Made by a program: the position numbers and the translations under genes
Assembly: GCA_030037635.1 (NCBI GenBank)
Contig: JASHQH010000321.1
Span: forward strand, 10,571 to 74,570
Direction: 5' to 3'
Origin: Acidobacteriaceae bacterium
GTDB lineage: Bacteria; Acidobacteriota; Terriglobia; Terriglobales; Acidobacteriaceae
Length of the DNA: 64,000 nt
Shown: positions 29,970 through 38,585 of the stretch, piece by piece
Position numbering within the stretch: the first letter of the stretch is position 1
Layout of the letters: each line of letters starts with the position of its first letter
The notes under the pieces: model-generated
Database searches by the model: none
The model's input: the letters and a program-made list of their open reading frames with translations, nothing else
Told to the model about the DNA's origin: nothing

Positions 29970-30700
29970 GCGCGGAAGAAAGCCGCAAAACCCCTCCTCA
30001 ATCCGGTCGAGCCGTCATCGTTGCCATCGATGGCCCCGCCGGTGCGGGCAAAAGCACGCTTGCCCGTCACCTCGCCCGCCACTTTGGCCTGCTCAATCTT
30101 GAGACCGGCGCGATGTACCGCGCCTTCGCCCTCAAGGCGCTCCGTGCCGGACTGCCTTTGGATCAGAGCAGTGCCCTCGAACAACTAGCCGCCGAAACCT
30201 CCATCCGTCTCGATCCCGGCGACGAAGAGAATCGCGTTCTGCTCGACGGCGAAGACGTTACCGGCCTCATTCGCAATCCCACCGTAACGGATGCGGCATC
30301 GCGCGTAAGCGTTTTTCCCGCCATACGCGCCTGGATGGTCGGTCTGCAGCAACAGCAGGGGGCGCGGGGCGGCGTCGTCATGGAGGGCCGCGACATCGGC
30401 ACCGTCGTCTTTCCCAATGCCGAGGTCAAGATCTTCCTCGATGCAGCGCCTGAGGTCCGCGGACAGCGCCGCTACGAGCAGCTGGGGCAGAAGGGCGTCG
30501 TGGCGCCAACGCCGCCGGCGGAAATCCTCCGCGATTTGCGCGCCCGCGACGAGCGCGACCGCAATCGCGCCGATTCACCTCTCAAACCCGCGCCCGACGC
30601 GGTCATTCTCGATTCAACACACCTGACGCTCGAGCAAGCCCTGGCGGAAGCCGAAAAGATCGTCGCCGACAAGCTGCGCACGCCCGGTACCCGTTCCTGA
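29966..30700 (+). CDS. cmk: Cytidylate kinase
   Basis: IVAIDGPAGAGKST P-loop, GRDIGTVVFP, DRNRADSPL. Confidence 0.95.
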   Translation: MSAEESRKTPPQSGRAVIVAIDGPAGAGKSTLARHLARHFGLLNLETGAMYRAFALKALRAGLPLDQSSALEQLAAETSIRLDPGDEENRVLLDGEDVTGLIRNPTVTDAASRVSVFPAIRAWMVGLQQQQGARGGVVMEGRDIGTVVFPNAEVKIFLDAAPEVRGQRRYEQLGQKGVVAPTPPAEILRDLRARDERDRNRADSPLKPAPDAVILDSTHLTLEQALAEAEKIVADKLRTPGTRS

Positions 30701-30877
30701 CGCTTGGCGCATGGCCTGCCCACCCGCATCATTTTGCCCTGTTTCCCTGCCCGCCGGAACCCGCTTTCCTTCTCCAGGCTCTTTCCGGCCCCTCTTCATC
30801 TGCTGGCGGGCATCCCTGGTATAAGATTGCTCCTACTTGAGGGTTTCTCGGGCCTCCGCTTGGAGCATTAAAAAGCT

Positions 30878-31078
30878 ATGGATGTCTATTGCGGCAGATG
30901 CGGATCGCTCAGCCTGCGCCCTTCTCACCTCCGCGTTGGGGATTTCGGTCGTCTGATTTTCTTCCATTACCCCGTGCGCTGCATCGAGTGCAAGAGGCGC
31001 AGCTTCGTTACCATTCTCGAGATTGTGGCCATCTGGCGCGAAGCCCGAGCCCGCCGCAGCCGCTGGCCCCCTTTGTGA
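30878..31078 (+). CDS. Possible small zinc-ribbon protein (66 aa)
   Basis: CGRC...CIEC cysteine pairs; weak evidence only. Confidence 0.35.
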   Translation: MDVYCGRCGSLSLRPSHLRVGDFGRLIFFHYPVRCIECKRRSFVTILEIVAIWREARARRSRWPPL

Positions 31079-31133
31079 ACTCTCCCTCCGCGCAAAGCCG
31101 CTCTCCCGGCCGCGTGTTATAGGCTTGAGTGGT

Positions 31134-31811
31134 ATGGAGCAGACCTGCAGCCGCTGCCATCAGCCCGTGAATGCGGAAGACCGCTACTGTCCGTCTTGCG
31201 GTCTGCCGCAGCTCGTCTACGCGGCCGAAAGCTCCAACGGCGCAGGCCAGCCCGATCGCTGGGGCGAGGCCGTGCGCGACGCCAGCTCCATTGCATGGAA
31301 GCCTGCGCTCCGGGCCGCTCTGTCCCTCGCCATCCCGGCCGGCCTTTTCTGCTCCATGCTTTCCCCCCTGGGAATCCTCGGCCTGATCTTTATGGCCGCC
31401 GCCGGAGCGTGGGTTGTCGCCCTTTACATGCGCAGCCAGCGTCCGGCATGGATCACGATCGCAACCGGCGCTCGCCTCGGCCTTGTCACGGGCGTGCTGG
31501 GCGGATGGACCGCTGCCGCCATGACCGGCACTTCGCTCTACGCCATGCGCTTTTGGCTGCACCAGGGCAACGTATTCGACAACTTCTGGCAGAACCTGGT
31601 GAACCAGCAAATGACCCAGCAGTGGACCGCCATGGGGGTGGATGTCCAGACCATGGCTTCCGCAAAGGCCTGGTTGCTTTCGCCCGAGGGACGCGCGGGA
31701 TGGGTTCTGTTTGGCATCTGCTTCCTCATGGCAACGCTCCTGGTACTGGGTGTGGCGGGCGGCGCGCTGGGCGCCCGGTTCCTGGCTCGCCCCCCCCGCC
31801 CCAAAAACTGA
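31134..31811 (+). CDS. Zinc-ribbon-domain membrane protein
   Basis: MEQTCSRCHQPVNAEDRYCPSCG followed by about 4 TM segments; ATG 31134 inside track ORF 31023..31811. Confidence 0.6.
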   Translation: MEQTCSRCHQPVNAEDRYCPSCGLPQLVYAAESSNGAGQPDRWGEAVRDASSIAWKPALRAALSLAIPAGLFCSMLSPLGILGLIFMAAAGAWVVALYMRSQRPAWITIATGARLGLVTGVLGGWTAAAMTGTSLYAMRFWLHQGNVFDNFWQNLVNQQMTQQWTAMGVDVQTMASAKAWLLSPEGRAGWVLFGICFLMATLLVLGVAGGALGARFLARPPRPKN

Positions 31812-31825
31812 TCGTCCCATGCCGT

Positions 31826-31890
31826 TCCTCGCTCCCTGTCTTCTGTTCCCTGTTGCCTGTTCCCTGTTCCCTCGTTCTCTGTCCTTCCCG
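31826..31890 (+). repeat. CCCT-array repeat copy
   Basis: CTGTCTT CTGTTCC CTGTTGC CTGTTCC CTGTTCC CTCGTTCT CTGTCCTT; starts 14 nt after a stop codon. Confidence 0.8.
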
Positions 31891-31933
31891 CCTTTCTGCG
31901 ATCATCAGAAGCAAGCGCATCGCGCGGAGGTCA

Positions 31934-32236
31934 ATGGGAATGAGGGAAATCGTTGCGTTCGTCTTCGGGCTCGCCTTGCTCGGTAATGCGGCTCTCTTTG
32001 TGCCCCAGGCTCTCGCCGTCTGGCGAAAAAAGAGCGATGAGGGCATTTCGCTCGTCACCTTCGGCGGTTTCTGCATCCTGCAGGTGATCGGTGTCGTGCA
32101 CGGCTTCTACGAGCACGACAATTCCCTCATCATCGGCCTCGGCGCCAGCTTTCTCACCTGCGGCACCGTCACCCTGCTCACTGTCGTCTATCGCATTCGC
32201 CGCCTGCGCGCCCGCACCACCTACCCCGCCGACTGA
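31934..32236 (+). CDS. SemiSWEET / PQ-loop 3-TM transporter (100 aa)
   Basis: FVPQALAVWRKKSDEGISLVTF PQ motif and three TM helices; hidden in spurious track ORF 31196..32236. Confidence 0.7.
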   Translation: MGMREIVAFVFGLALLGNAALFVPQALAVWRKKSDEGISLVTFGGFCILQVIGVVHGFYEHDNSLIIGLGASFLTCGTVTLLTVVYRIRRLRARTTYPAD

Positions 32237-32256
32237 GCCTCTCCCGGTCCTTCGTT

Positions 32257-32340
32257 GCCCTATCCTTTCCGCTGTCTCATCGCGAAAAGGGTGGGATCGG
32301 CCCTAACGCCGCAAACTCCGCCAACCCCGCTAACTCCGCT
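32257..32340 (+). repeat. Repeat modules A (imperfect hairpin) plus D (9-mer triplet)
   Basis: CCCTATCCTTTCCGC...GCGAAAAGGGTGGG; AACTCCGCC AACCCCGCT AACTCCGCT. Confidence 0.65.
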
Positions 32341-32364
32341 CCCACTTCCAGCCAACCAAAGGCT

Positions 32365-32380
32365 TGTGATTATCGTCACA
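32365..32380. promoter_or_regulatory. Perfect CRP-type palindrome TGTGA-N6-TCACA
   Basis: TGTGATTATCGTCACA, 134 nt upstream of the CBS gene ATG; TATACT hexamer at 32428-32433. Confidence 0.4.
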
Positions 32381-32513
32381 TCCCAACATGTACGAAGACA
32401 GGTACGACAGTTGCGTGCAAACCAGCGTATACTTCTCTTCCACGGCGGCAAGGGCCAATGGGCGCCCCGATGGCGCTCCGCACTTTCCCTGGCAAAGATC
32501 CCTGGAGGACCCG

Positions 32514-32966
32514 ATGAGGATTACCGACACCGTTGACCAGGTCCTGAAGCACAAGACCTTCAACAAGATCCTGCCCATATCCCCTGAGCAGACGGTTCAT
32601 GAGGCTTTGTCGCTCATGGCGGAATACGATGTCGGCGCTTTGATGGTCCTATCCGGTGACACGCTGGTCGGCATCCTTTCCGAGCGCGACTACGCGCGCA
32701 AGGGCATCCTGCGGGGCCACCACTCAAAGGACACCAAGATCAGCGATATTATGACCAGCCCCGTGATCTCCGTCACTCCGCGGCATACCGTCGATGACTG
32801 CATGAACCTGATGACCGAGGGCCACTTCCGCCATCTCCCGGTCCTCGAGGGCGACCGCGTGGTGGGCATCATCTCCGTCGGCGACATCATCAAGTGGGTC
32901 ATCAGCGGCCAGGAACACGCCATCCAGGCTCTTGAGGGCTACATCACAGGCGCCTACCCGGGATAA
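32514..32966 (+). CDS. CBS-pair domain protein
   Basis: Two CBS motifs (VGALMVLSGDTLVGILSERD; HLPVLEGDRVVGIISVGD); GGAGGA SD before ATG 32514. Confidence 0.85.
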   Translation: MRITDTVDQVLKHKTFNKILPISPEQTVHEALSLMAEYDVGALMVLSGDTLVGILSERDYARKGILRGHHSKDTKISDIMTSPVISVTPRHTVDDCMNLMTEGHFRHLPVLEGDRVVGIISVGDIIKWVISGQEHAIQALEGYITGAYPG

Positions 32967-32978
32967 CGATAGAGTAGG

Positions 32979-33070
32979 TTCTTTGCTCTCTGTTTTCTGT
33001 TCCCTGTTCCCTGTTGCCTGTTGCCTGTCTTCTTGTTCCCTCGGTCCCTTGGTCCCTTGTTCCCTGTCTT
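32979..33070 (+). repeat. CCCT-array repeat copy filling the whole intergenic spacer
   Basis: CTGTTTT CTGTTCC CTGTTCC CTGTTGC CTGTTGC CTGTCTT CTTGTTCC CTCGGTCC CTTGGTCC CTTGTTCC CTGTCTT, then T and ATG 33072. Confidence 0.85.
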
Positions 33071-33071
33071 T

Positions 33072-33339
33072 ATGTGCCGAAACATCCGAACGCTCTTCAA
33101 CTTCGAACCCTCGGCGACCGAGACGGAGATTCGCGCCGCGTCGCTTCAGTTTGTGCGCAAGATCAGCGGCATGAACAAGCCTTCAAAGACAAACGAAGCA
33201 GCCTTCGACGAGGCCATCGGAGGTTGCGGCGGCGTCAGCCAGGCTCCTCAGCCGCCTCGACACGCATGCGCCCAGGAAGAACCGCGAAGAAGAAGCCGCC
33301 AAGGCCAAAGCGCGCAGCGCGGCGCGATTCGCTGACTGA
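33072..33339 (+). pseudogene. DUF2277-family gene with an apparent 1-nt insertion (frameshift or sequence error) near 33219
   Basis: MCRNIRTLFNFEPSATETEIRAASLQFVRKISGMNKPSKTNEAAFDEAI in frame 0; the family-like continuation EVAAASARLLSRLDTHAPRKNREEEAAKAKARSAARFAD* is in the next frame from 33220 to stop 33337-33339. Confidence 0.6.
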
Positions 33340-33401
33340 CCAGGACGCCGATCGTATCGCGCGGACCGTCAGTTACCTCGAAAGACTCCGCCCAAAAGGC
33401 T

Positions 33402-33475
33402 CTGTCATCCTGAGCGACCGAAGCGCGCCGAAACGGCGCAGCGCAGGGAGTCGAAGGATCTGCGGTTGTTTTTCT
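33402..33475 (+). repeat. Repeat family G, short form
   Basis: TGTCATCCTGAGCG...AGTCGAAGGATCTGCGGTTG shares both ends with the copy at 54860-54970. Confidence 0.7.
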
Positions 33476-33519
33476 CGAGCCTCAGGAGGCAAGAACGCCA
33501 GCGCTCCGAAACTCTGATC

Positions 33520-33957
33520 TTAGTCAAGACAATCCATTCGAAGCATATAAAGCGCCTTAACTAGGGAGTGTTCGTCGCTCGGAAGTTTGATGGCCTTGAG
33601 CGTACGCTTTCCGATTCGCTTGTCGATCATCGCAAGCGACCTAAGAATCGGATCGCTTGAGTGGAGTGCGACACGCGGGTCAAGGTCGAGATAGGTTCGA
33701 ATGCTCGAAGTAATGTCAAATGGGTTGTGGGAGCCATCACCATACGCCACTCGGCCCGTTTTCCTCGTCTCCACGTACCCAGCAATGTTGTAACTGCTGT
33801 AGCTTGCTGAGAACACCTTTTTCCCATCGATCGAAACGATGAACTCATTTGCGAGTTCGCTGAGTTTCCGATAGTTGATCAAATGGAAGTCGATCCTTTT
33901 GCGCAGGCATGGTGCGGTAAGCTCAAGCAGCCGCGATCTGAGCTTGGACCACTGCAT
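33520..33957 (-). CDS. Hypothetical protein (resembles the SF0329 family by recollection), in a low-GC island
   Basis: MQWSKLRSRLLELTAPCLRKRIDFHLINYRK...DPILRSLAMIDKRIGKRTLK; GC visibly lower than neighbours. Confidence 0.55.
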   Translation of the reverse strand: MQWSKLRSRLLELTAPCLRKRIDFHLINYRKLSELANEFIVSIDGKKVFSASYSSYNIAGYVETRKTGRVAYGDGSHNPFDITSSIRTYLDLDPRVALHSSDPILRSLAMIDKRIGKRTLKAIKLPSDEHSLVKALYMLRMDCLD

Positions 33958-33969
33958 TACACTCCGCCA

Positions 33970-35229
33970 TCACCCCAGAAAAATCCCCGCAATCGAAGCC
34001 GAAATCAGGTTCGCCATGGTCCCGGCCAGCATGGCCCGCACCCCCAGCCGCGCCAGATCGTTGCGCCGCTCCGGCACCAGCGCGCCGATGCCCCCGATCT
34101 GCATGCCGATCGATCCCAGGTTCGCGAATCCACAAAGCGCAAACGTGGCAATGGTAAATGACCGCGGCAGCAGCGTCGCTTTCTCCGCGCCCAGCCCGAT
34201 GTAGGCGATCACCTCGTTCAGCGCCATGCGCGTGCCCAACAAATTCCCTATCGCCGCGCAGTCCCGCCACGGCACGCCGATCAGCCACGCTACCGGCGCC
34301 CCAAAGAACCCCAGGATCTGACCCAGGCTCGACGGCACCCAGTGCATCCACACCAACCCGTGCACCCAGCCCAGCAGCATGTCGAGCAGCGCCACCAGGG
34401 CCAGAAAACTGATCAGCATAATCGCCACGTTCAGCGCCAGCTTGCCGCCGTCGATCGTCCCGCGCGCAATGGCGCCGATAAAGTTCTCCTCGGCGTGCAG
34501 CTCGTCCTTGGGAATAACCACCTTGCCCTCGGTAGCAGGCACTTCCGTCTCGGGCACCAGCATCTTGGCCATCAGAATCGTTCCCGGCGAGGTCATGATC
34601 ACCGCCGAGAGCAGATGCCGCGCCTCCACGCCTTGCGAAATGTACATGGCCATGATGCCGCCCGAAACGTGCGCCATGCCGCTCGTCATGATGGTCATCA
34701 GCTCGCTGCGCGTGGCCTTGGAAAGAAACGGCCGGATGGTGAGCGGCGCCTCGGTCTGCCCCATGAAGATGCTCGCCGCCACGTTCATGCTCTCCGCGCC
34801 GGAAATGCGCATGGTCTTCAGCATCACCCAGGCCAGGCCGCGAATGATCTGTTGCATTAGCCCGATGTGATACAGCACCGCAAAAAACGCCGAAATGAAA
34901 ATAATCGTCGGCAGCACCTGGAACGCGAAGATCGCGCCCTTGTTGGCTCCCAGCACGTTGCCGAACGCGCCGGAGTTGGGCAACCCGAGCTGGCCGAACA
35001 GCACCTGCGTCCCGGCAAACGTCGCCGACAGCATATTGGTCACCACGTCGCCCGCCCAGTTCATGACGCGCACGCCCCATTCAAAGCGCAACACCATGAA
35101 GGCGAATGCAATCTGCAGCCCGATCCCCCACGCAATGGTGCGCCAGCGAATGTGCCTGCGGTCCGTCGAGAACAGCCACGCTGCGCCCAGTACCGCCAGA
35201 ATGCCCAGGATTCCCGTAAATCGCGCCAA
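33970..35229 (-). CDS. nupC: NupC/CNT-family concentrative nucleoside transporter
   Basis: Full-length polytopic protein with CNT signatures (GTQVLFG, FMGQTEAPL, GFANLGSIG). Confidence 0.92.
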   Translation of the reverse strand: MARFTGILGILAVLGAAWLFSTDRRHIRWRTIAWGIGLQIAFAFMVLRFEWGVRVMNWAGDVVTNMLSATFAGTQVLFGQLGLPNSGAFGNVLGANKGAIFAFQVLPTIIFISAFFAVLYHIGLMQQIIRGLAWVMLKTMRISGAESMNVAASIFMGQTEAPLTIRPFLSKATRSELMTIMTSGMAHVSGGIMAMYISQGVEARHLLSAVIMTSPGTILMAKMLVPETEVPATEGKVVIPKDELHAEENFIGAIARGTIDGGKLALNVAIMLISFLALVALLDMLLGWVHGLVWMHWVPSSLGQILGFFGAPVAWLIGVPWRDCAAIGNLLGTRMALNEVIAYIGLGAEKATLLPRSFTIATFALCGFANLGSIGMQIGGIGALVPERRNDLARLGVRAMLAGTMANLISASIAGIFLG

Positions 35230-35273
35230 GGGGTCGCTCCTTCGCTCAAAAAAACACGCAAATTCGCTTTCGA

Positions 35274-36662
35274 TTACCTTACAGCATCCTTCAGATAGCT
35301 CTCAGCATTTTCTCGCGTAAAGATGCGGCTCACCTGCGGGACAGATTCCGGGGGAGTGCCGGAAATCGTAATCGCCCTTCGCACCAGTTCCATTGGCTCC
35401 CTCAACTTCTCCTCCGTGGTCGCATAAATCGTCGCCAGCGGATCGCCCCGCTCAACCAGCGTTCCGCGGCGCGCGAGAAACACAATGCCCGCGTGCGGGT
35501 CCACTGGCTCGCCGGCCTTTTCGCGGCCCGCGCCCGTGCGCTGCACCGCCCACCCCAGCGCGGTCGTATCCATCTCTGCCACGTAGCCGCTCTCCCACGC
35601 CTCCACCACCCCAGTCGCGCCCGGCTTGTGGAATGCCGCCGGATCGTCGAACACCGCGACATCGCCTCCCTGCGCATCCACCATCTTCATAAAAATCGCC
35701 AGCGCCGAGCTGTCGCTCAACGCCGCTTCAGCCAGCGCGTAGCCCGCCCGCGGCGTCTCTGCTTTTCCGCCCAGGTGAATCATCCACCCGGCGAGGATCA
35801 GCGAAAGCTCGCGCAAGTCAAAATTCGTTTCCGGGCTCCGCTCCGGCTGCGCGCCGCGCAGCAGCTCCACGCACTCCACCAGCTCAATCCAGTTGCCCGC
35901 CGCGCGCCCCAGCGGCTGGCTCATATCCGTCAACAGCGCCACTGCGCGTGTCCCGGCCGCTTCGGCCGTGGTCACCATCAGCGCCGCCAGAAACTCCGTG
36001 TCCTCCATCTTGCGCAGGAACGCACCCGAACCCGTCTTCACGTCCAGCACCAGCCCATCCAGCCCCGCCGCAAGTTTCTTGCTCAAAATTGATGCGCAGA
36101 TCAGCCCCGGATTTTCCACCGTCGCCGTGCGGTCGCGCAGCGCGTACAGCGCGCGATCGGCCGGCGCCAGCTCGCGCGTCTGCCCGATGATCGACGCACC
36201 GCACTTCTTCAGCACCGCTTCAAACTCGGCCAGCGTCAGCGCGGTGCGGTAGCCCGGAATCGCCTCCAGCTTGTCGAGCGTTCCGCCGGTGTGGCCCAGC
36301 GCGCGCCCGCTGATCATGGGCACGGCCACCCCGCACGCCGCGGCCAGCGGCGCCACCAGAAAGCTCGTCTTGTCGCCCACCCCGCCCGTGGAGTGCTTGT
36401 CTACGGCCCGCTTGCCCAGCCGCGCCGGCGAAAACTTCTCGCCCGAGTCGCGCATGGCGAGCGTCAGCGCGCGCGTTTCATCCAGACAGAGCCCCCTGAT
36501 CCACGCCGCCATCAGCCACGCCGCAAGCTGGTCCTCGGGAATCGATCCGTCCGCCGCGCCCCGCGCCACAAACTGTATTTCGTGTTCGCTCAGCACGCCG
36601 CCGTCGCGCTTCTTGCTCAGAATGTCGATCATGTGCAGCGGCGTTGCGGAGTCGGTTGGCAT
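35274..36662 (-). CDS. deoA: Thymidine/pyrimidine-nucleoside phosphorylase
   Basis: IDILSKKRDGGVLSEHEI, VDKHSTGGVGDKTS, ISGRALGHTGGTLDKLE; ATG 36662 preferred over TTG 36683. Confidence 0.92.
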   Translation of the reverse strand: MPTDSATPLHMIDILSKKRDGGVLSEHEIQFVARGAADGSIPEDQLAAWLMAAWIRGLCLDETRALTLAMRDSGEKFSPARLGKRAVDKHSTGGVGDKTSFLVAPLAAACGVAVPMISGRALGHTGGTLDKLEAIPGYRTALTLAEFEAVLKKCGASIIGQTRELAPADRALYALRDRTATVENPGLICASILSKKLAAGLDGLVLDVKTGSGAFLRKMEDTEFLAALMVTTAEAAGTRAVALLTDMSQPLGRAAGNWIELVECVELLRGAQPERSPETNFDLRELSLILAGWMIHLGGKAETPRAGYALAEAALSDSSALAIFMKMVDAQGGDVAVFDDPAAFHKPGATGVVEAWESGYVAEMDTTALGWAVQRTGAGREKAGEPVDPHAGIVFLARRGTLVERGDPLATIYATTEEKLREPMELVRRAITISGTPPESVPQVSRIFTRENAESYLKDAVR

Positions 36663-36773
36663 GGTTTTCGTCCTGGGGCGCAAGGCAATAAGAATACCGC
36701 AAGTGGCTGGCCGCTGCGCCTCTGGACCAGGCGTAAGATGTTCGCAACAATCCTTTGCGAAACGGAGGGCGCC

Positions 36774-37178
36774 ATGTCATATCGCACTATGTTCCTCAGC
36801 AGGCTTCTTGGACTCTTTTTCCTGATTTGCGGCCTGGCGATGATCGTCCACAAGCAGATCTTTACCGATGCGATCGCCACGGTTTCGGGCAACCCGTTGG
36901 CCATGTTGTGGACTGCCTTGCTCATTTCGCTTGCCGGACTGGCGATGGTTCTCGTTCACAATGTGTGGTCAAAACGCCCGGCGGTGGTCATCGTTACTGT
37001 TTTGGGATGGCTGACACTCATCAAAGGCATTGATTATCTGTTCCTGCCCGCGAAGTGGCTGGGAGGATTCATTAAGGCGGCGCTCAACAGCGGGGCGTAC
37101 GTATATTGCGTGACGGCTTTCATGCTGGTGCTGGGTGCGTACTTGACGTACGAGGGATTCAAGTCGAAACCCGCGTAG
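36774..37178 (+). CDS. Small 4-TM membrane protein (134 aa), unknown function
   Basis: Four hydrophobic segments; GGAGGG before ATG 36774; 5' part of track ORF 36291..37178 is antisense to deoA. Confidence 0.55.
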   Translation: MSYRTMFLSRLLGLFFLICGLAMIVHKQIFTDAIATVSGNPLAMLWTALLISLAGLAMVLVHNVWSKRPAVVIVTVLGWLTLIKGIDYLFLPAKWLGGFIKAALNSGAYVYCVTAFMLVLGAYLTYEGFKSKPA

Positions 37179-37195
37179 AGGGCGCGAGTCGAGCA

Positions 37196-37612
37196 CTATC
37201 CCAATTTCATCTCGAACGCCCGCGGCAGCAACTCGCTGAACGGCATGGTGCGCACCCCGCCCGACCCCGGAAAACTCACCGGCGCATCCGGCAGAATGAA
37301 TTCGGCCAGCATCTGGCGGCAGGCCCCGCAGGGAGGGCTCGCCTGCCCATTCAAATTCGTCACCGCTATGGCCGCAATCTGAATCTTGGGTCCGAATTGG
37401 GAAACCGCTCGCACCAGCGCCGCGCGCTCCGCGCAAATCGTCAGGCCATAGCTGATGTTCTCCACGTTGGTGCCTGTCACAATTTCGCCGTTGGTCAGCT
37501 TGAGCGCCGCGCCCACGCGGAACTTCGAATAAGGTGAATACGAGCGCTTGGCAGCCTGCCTGGCAAGCTTGTCCAATTCGTTGAGCGCGCGCTGGGTCAG
37601 TTTCGTCATCAT
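37196..37612 (-). CDS. cdd: Cytidine deaminase
   Basis: CAERAAL and PCGACRQ zinc motifs. Confidence 0.92.
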   Translation of the reverse strand: MMTKLTQRALNELDKLARQAAKRSYSPYSKFRVGAALKLTNGEIVTGTNVENISYGLTICAERAALVRAVSQFGPKIQIAAIAVTNLNGQASPPCGACRQMLAEFILPDAPVSFPGSGGVRTMPFSELLPRAFEMKLG

Positions 37613-37695
37613 TGCGTCCCCTCATCAGTAAATGGGGCGAAGATTTGAGGCTAATCCATCTCATCCCCTCGTGTACACTCACCTTGCAGGCGGTC

Positions 37696-38514
37696 ATGTC
37701 GCAGGTCTCAACCAACTTCATCCGGCTAACCGTGACTCTGTCCGTGGCGCTCGCCCTGCCGGCTGCGTGGCCGCAGACTCCCGGCCCCACTCAAGCTCCG
37801 CCGCAGTTTGACGTCGCCGCTATCCATCCCCACATCCCCGAGCCGCACGAGCACAACTCCATCTGGAGTTCCCCTTTCGACGGCCAATTCAAAGCGGAAA
37901 ACGAAACTCTGGTCATGCTCATTCATTGGGCCTACCAGATGCCGGAGACGCGTATCCTCGGCGCGCCCGGCTGGGCCGCCTCCACCTACTTCAACATCGA
38001 AGCCAAGGCCGATCCCGCCGTTGACCAGCAGCTCCACAACCTGAGCTCCGACGCCGCCCGCAAGGTGAAAGAAGAAATGGCTCAGGCGCTCCTCGCCGAT
38101 CGTTTCAGACTTGCGGCGCACACTGAAACCCGCGAGCTTCCTGTCTACAATCTCGTAGTCGCCAAAGACGGTCCCACGTTCGGACCGGTGCAGTCAAACG
38201 GCACCACCATCAATGCCGGCTACGGGCGCATTGATGTGCAGTCCTCCAACAGCCTCGCCACTCTTGCCGAAGAGCTCTCTAAGGTCGCTGGCCGCGACGT
38301 TGTCGACAAAACCGGCATTGCCGGCCGCTACCATCTCGCGCTCCGCTTCACTCCCGACGAAGGCCCGGCGACGCTCAACGGCGAGCCCATCCCCAACCCT
38401 CCGCCGGGCCTCTTCATCGCCCTCCAGGAGCAACTCGGCCTTAAACTCGAGCCCGCCAAAGGACCGGTGCAGGTGCTCGTCATCGACCACGCCGAAATGC
38501 CCTCGGCAAATTAA
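37696..38514 (+). CDS. TIGR03435-family secreted protein (Acidobacteria-expanded family)
   Basis: FDVAAIHP..., GAPGWAASTYFNIEAKAD, LQEQLGLKLEPAKGPVQVLVIDHAEMPSAN. Confidence 0.8.
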   Translation: MSQVSTNFIRLTVTLSVALALPAAWPQTPGPTQAPPQFDVAAIHPHIPEPHEHNSIWSSPFDGQFKAENETLVMLIHWAYQMPETRILGAPGWAASTYFNIEAKADPAVDQQLHNLSSDAARKVKEEMAQALLADRFRLAAHTETRELPVYNLVVAKDGPTFGPVQSNGTTINAGYGRIDVQSSNSLATLAEELSKVAGRDVVDKTGIAGRYHLALRFTPDEGPATLNGEPIPNPPPGLFIALQEQLGLKLEPAKGPVQVLVIDHAEMPSAN

Positions 38515-38585
38515 CGGTTCGCAGTTCGTACCGCGCAGTTGTGGGCTTTCGGGTCCTGCGTTCCATAAGCATTTCCTCACTCAAG

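Noticed and set aside
32932-33174. Small ORFs translating as CSLFPV.../GNREQGTG... (e.g. 32932..33174, 33014..33517, 31642..31986, 38589..38771, 25990..26211)
   Set aside because: They are read-throughs of the stop-free repeat arrays in intergenic DNA, not genes.
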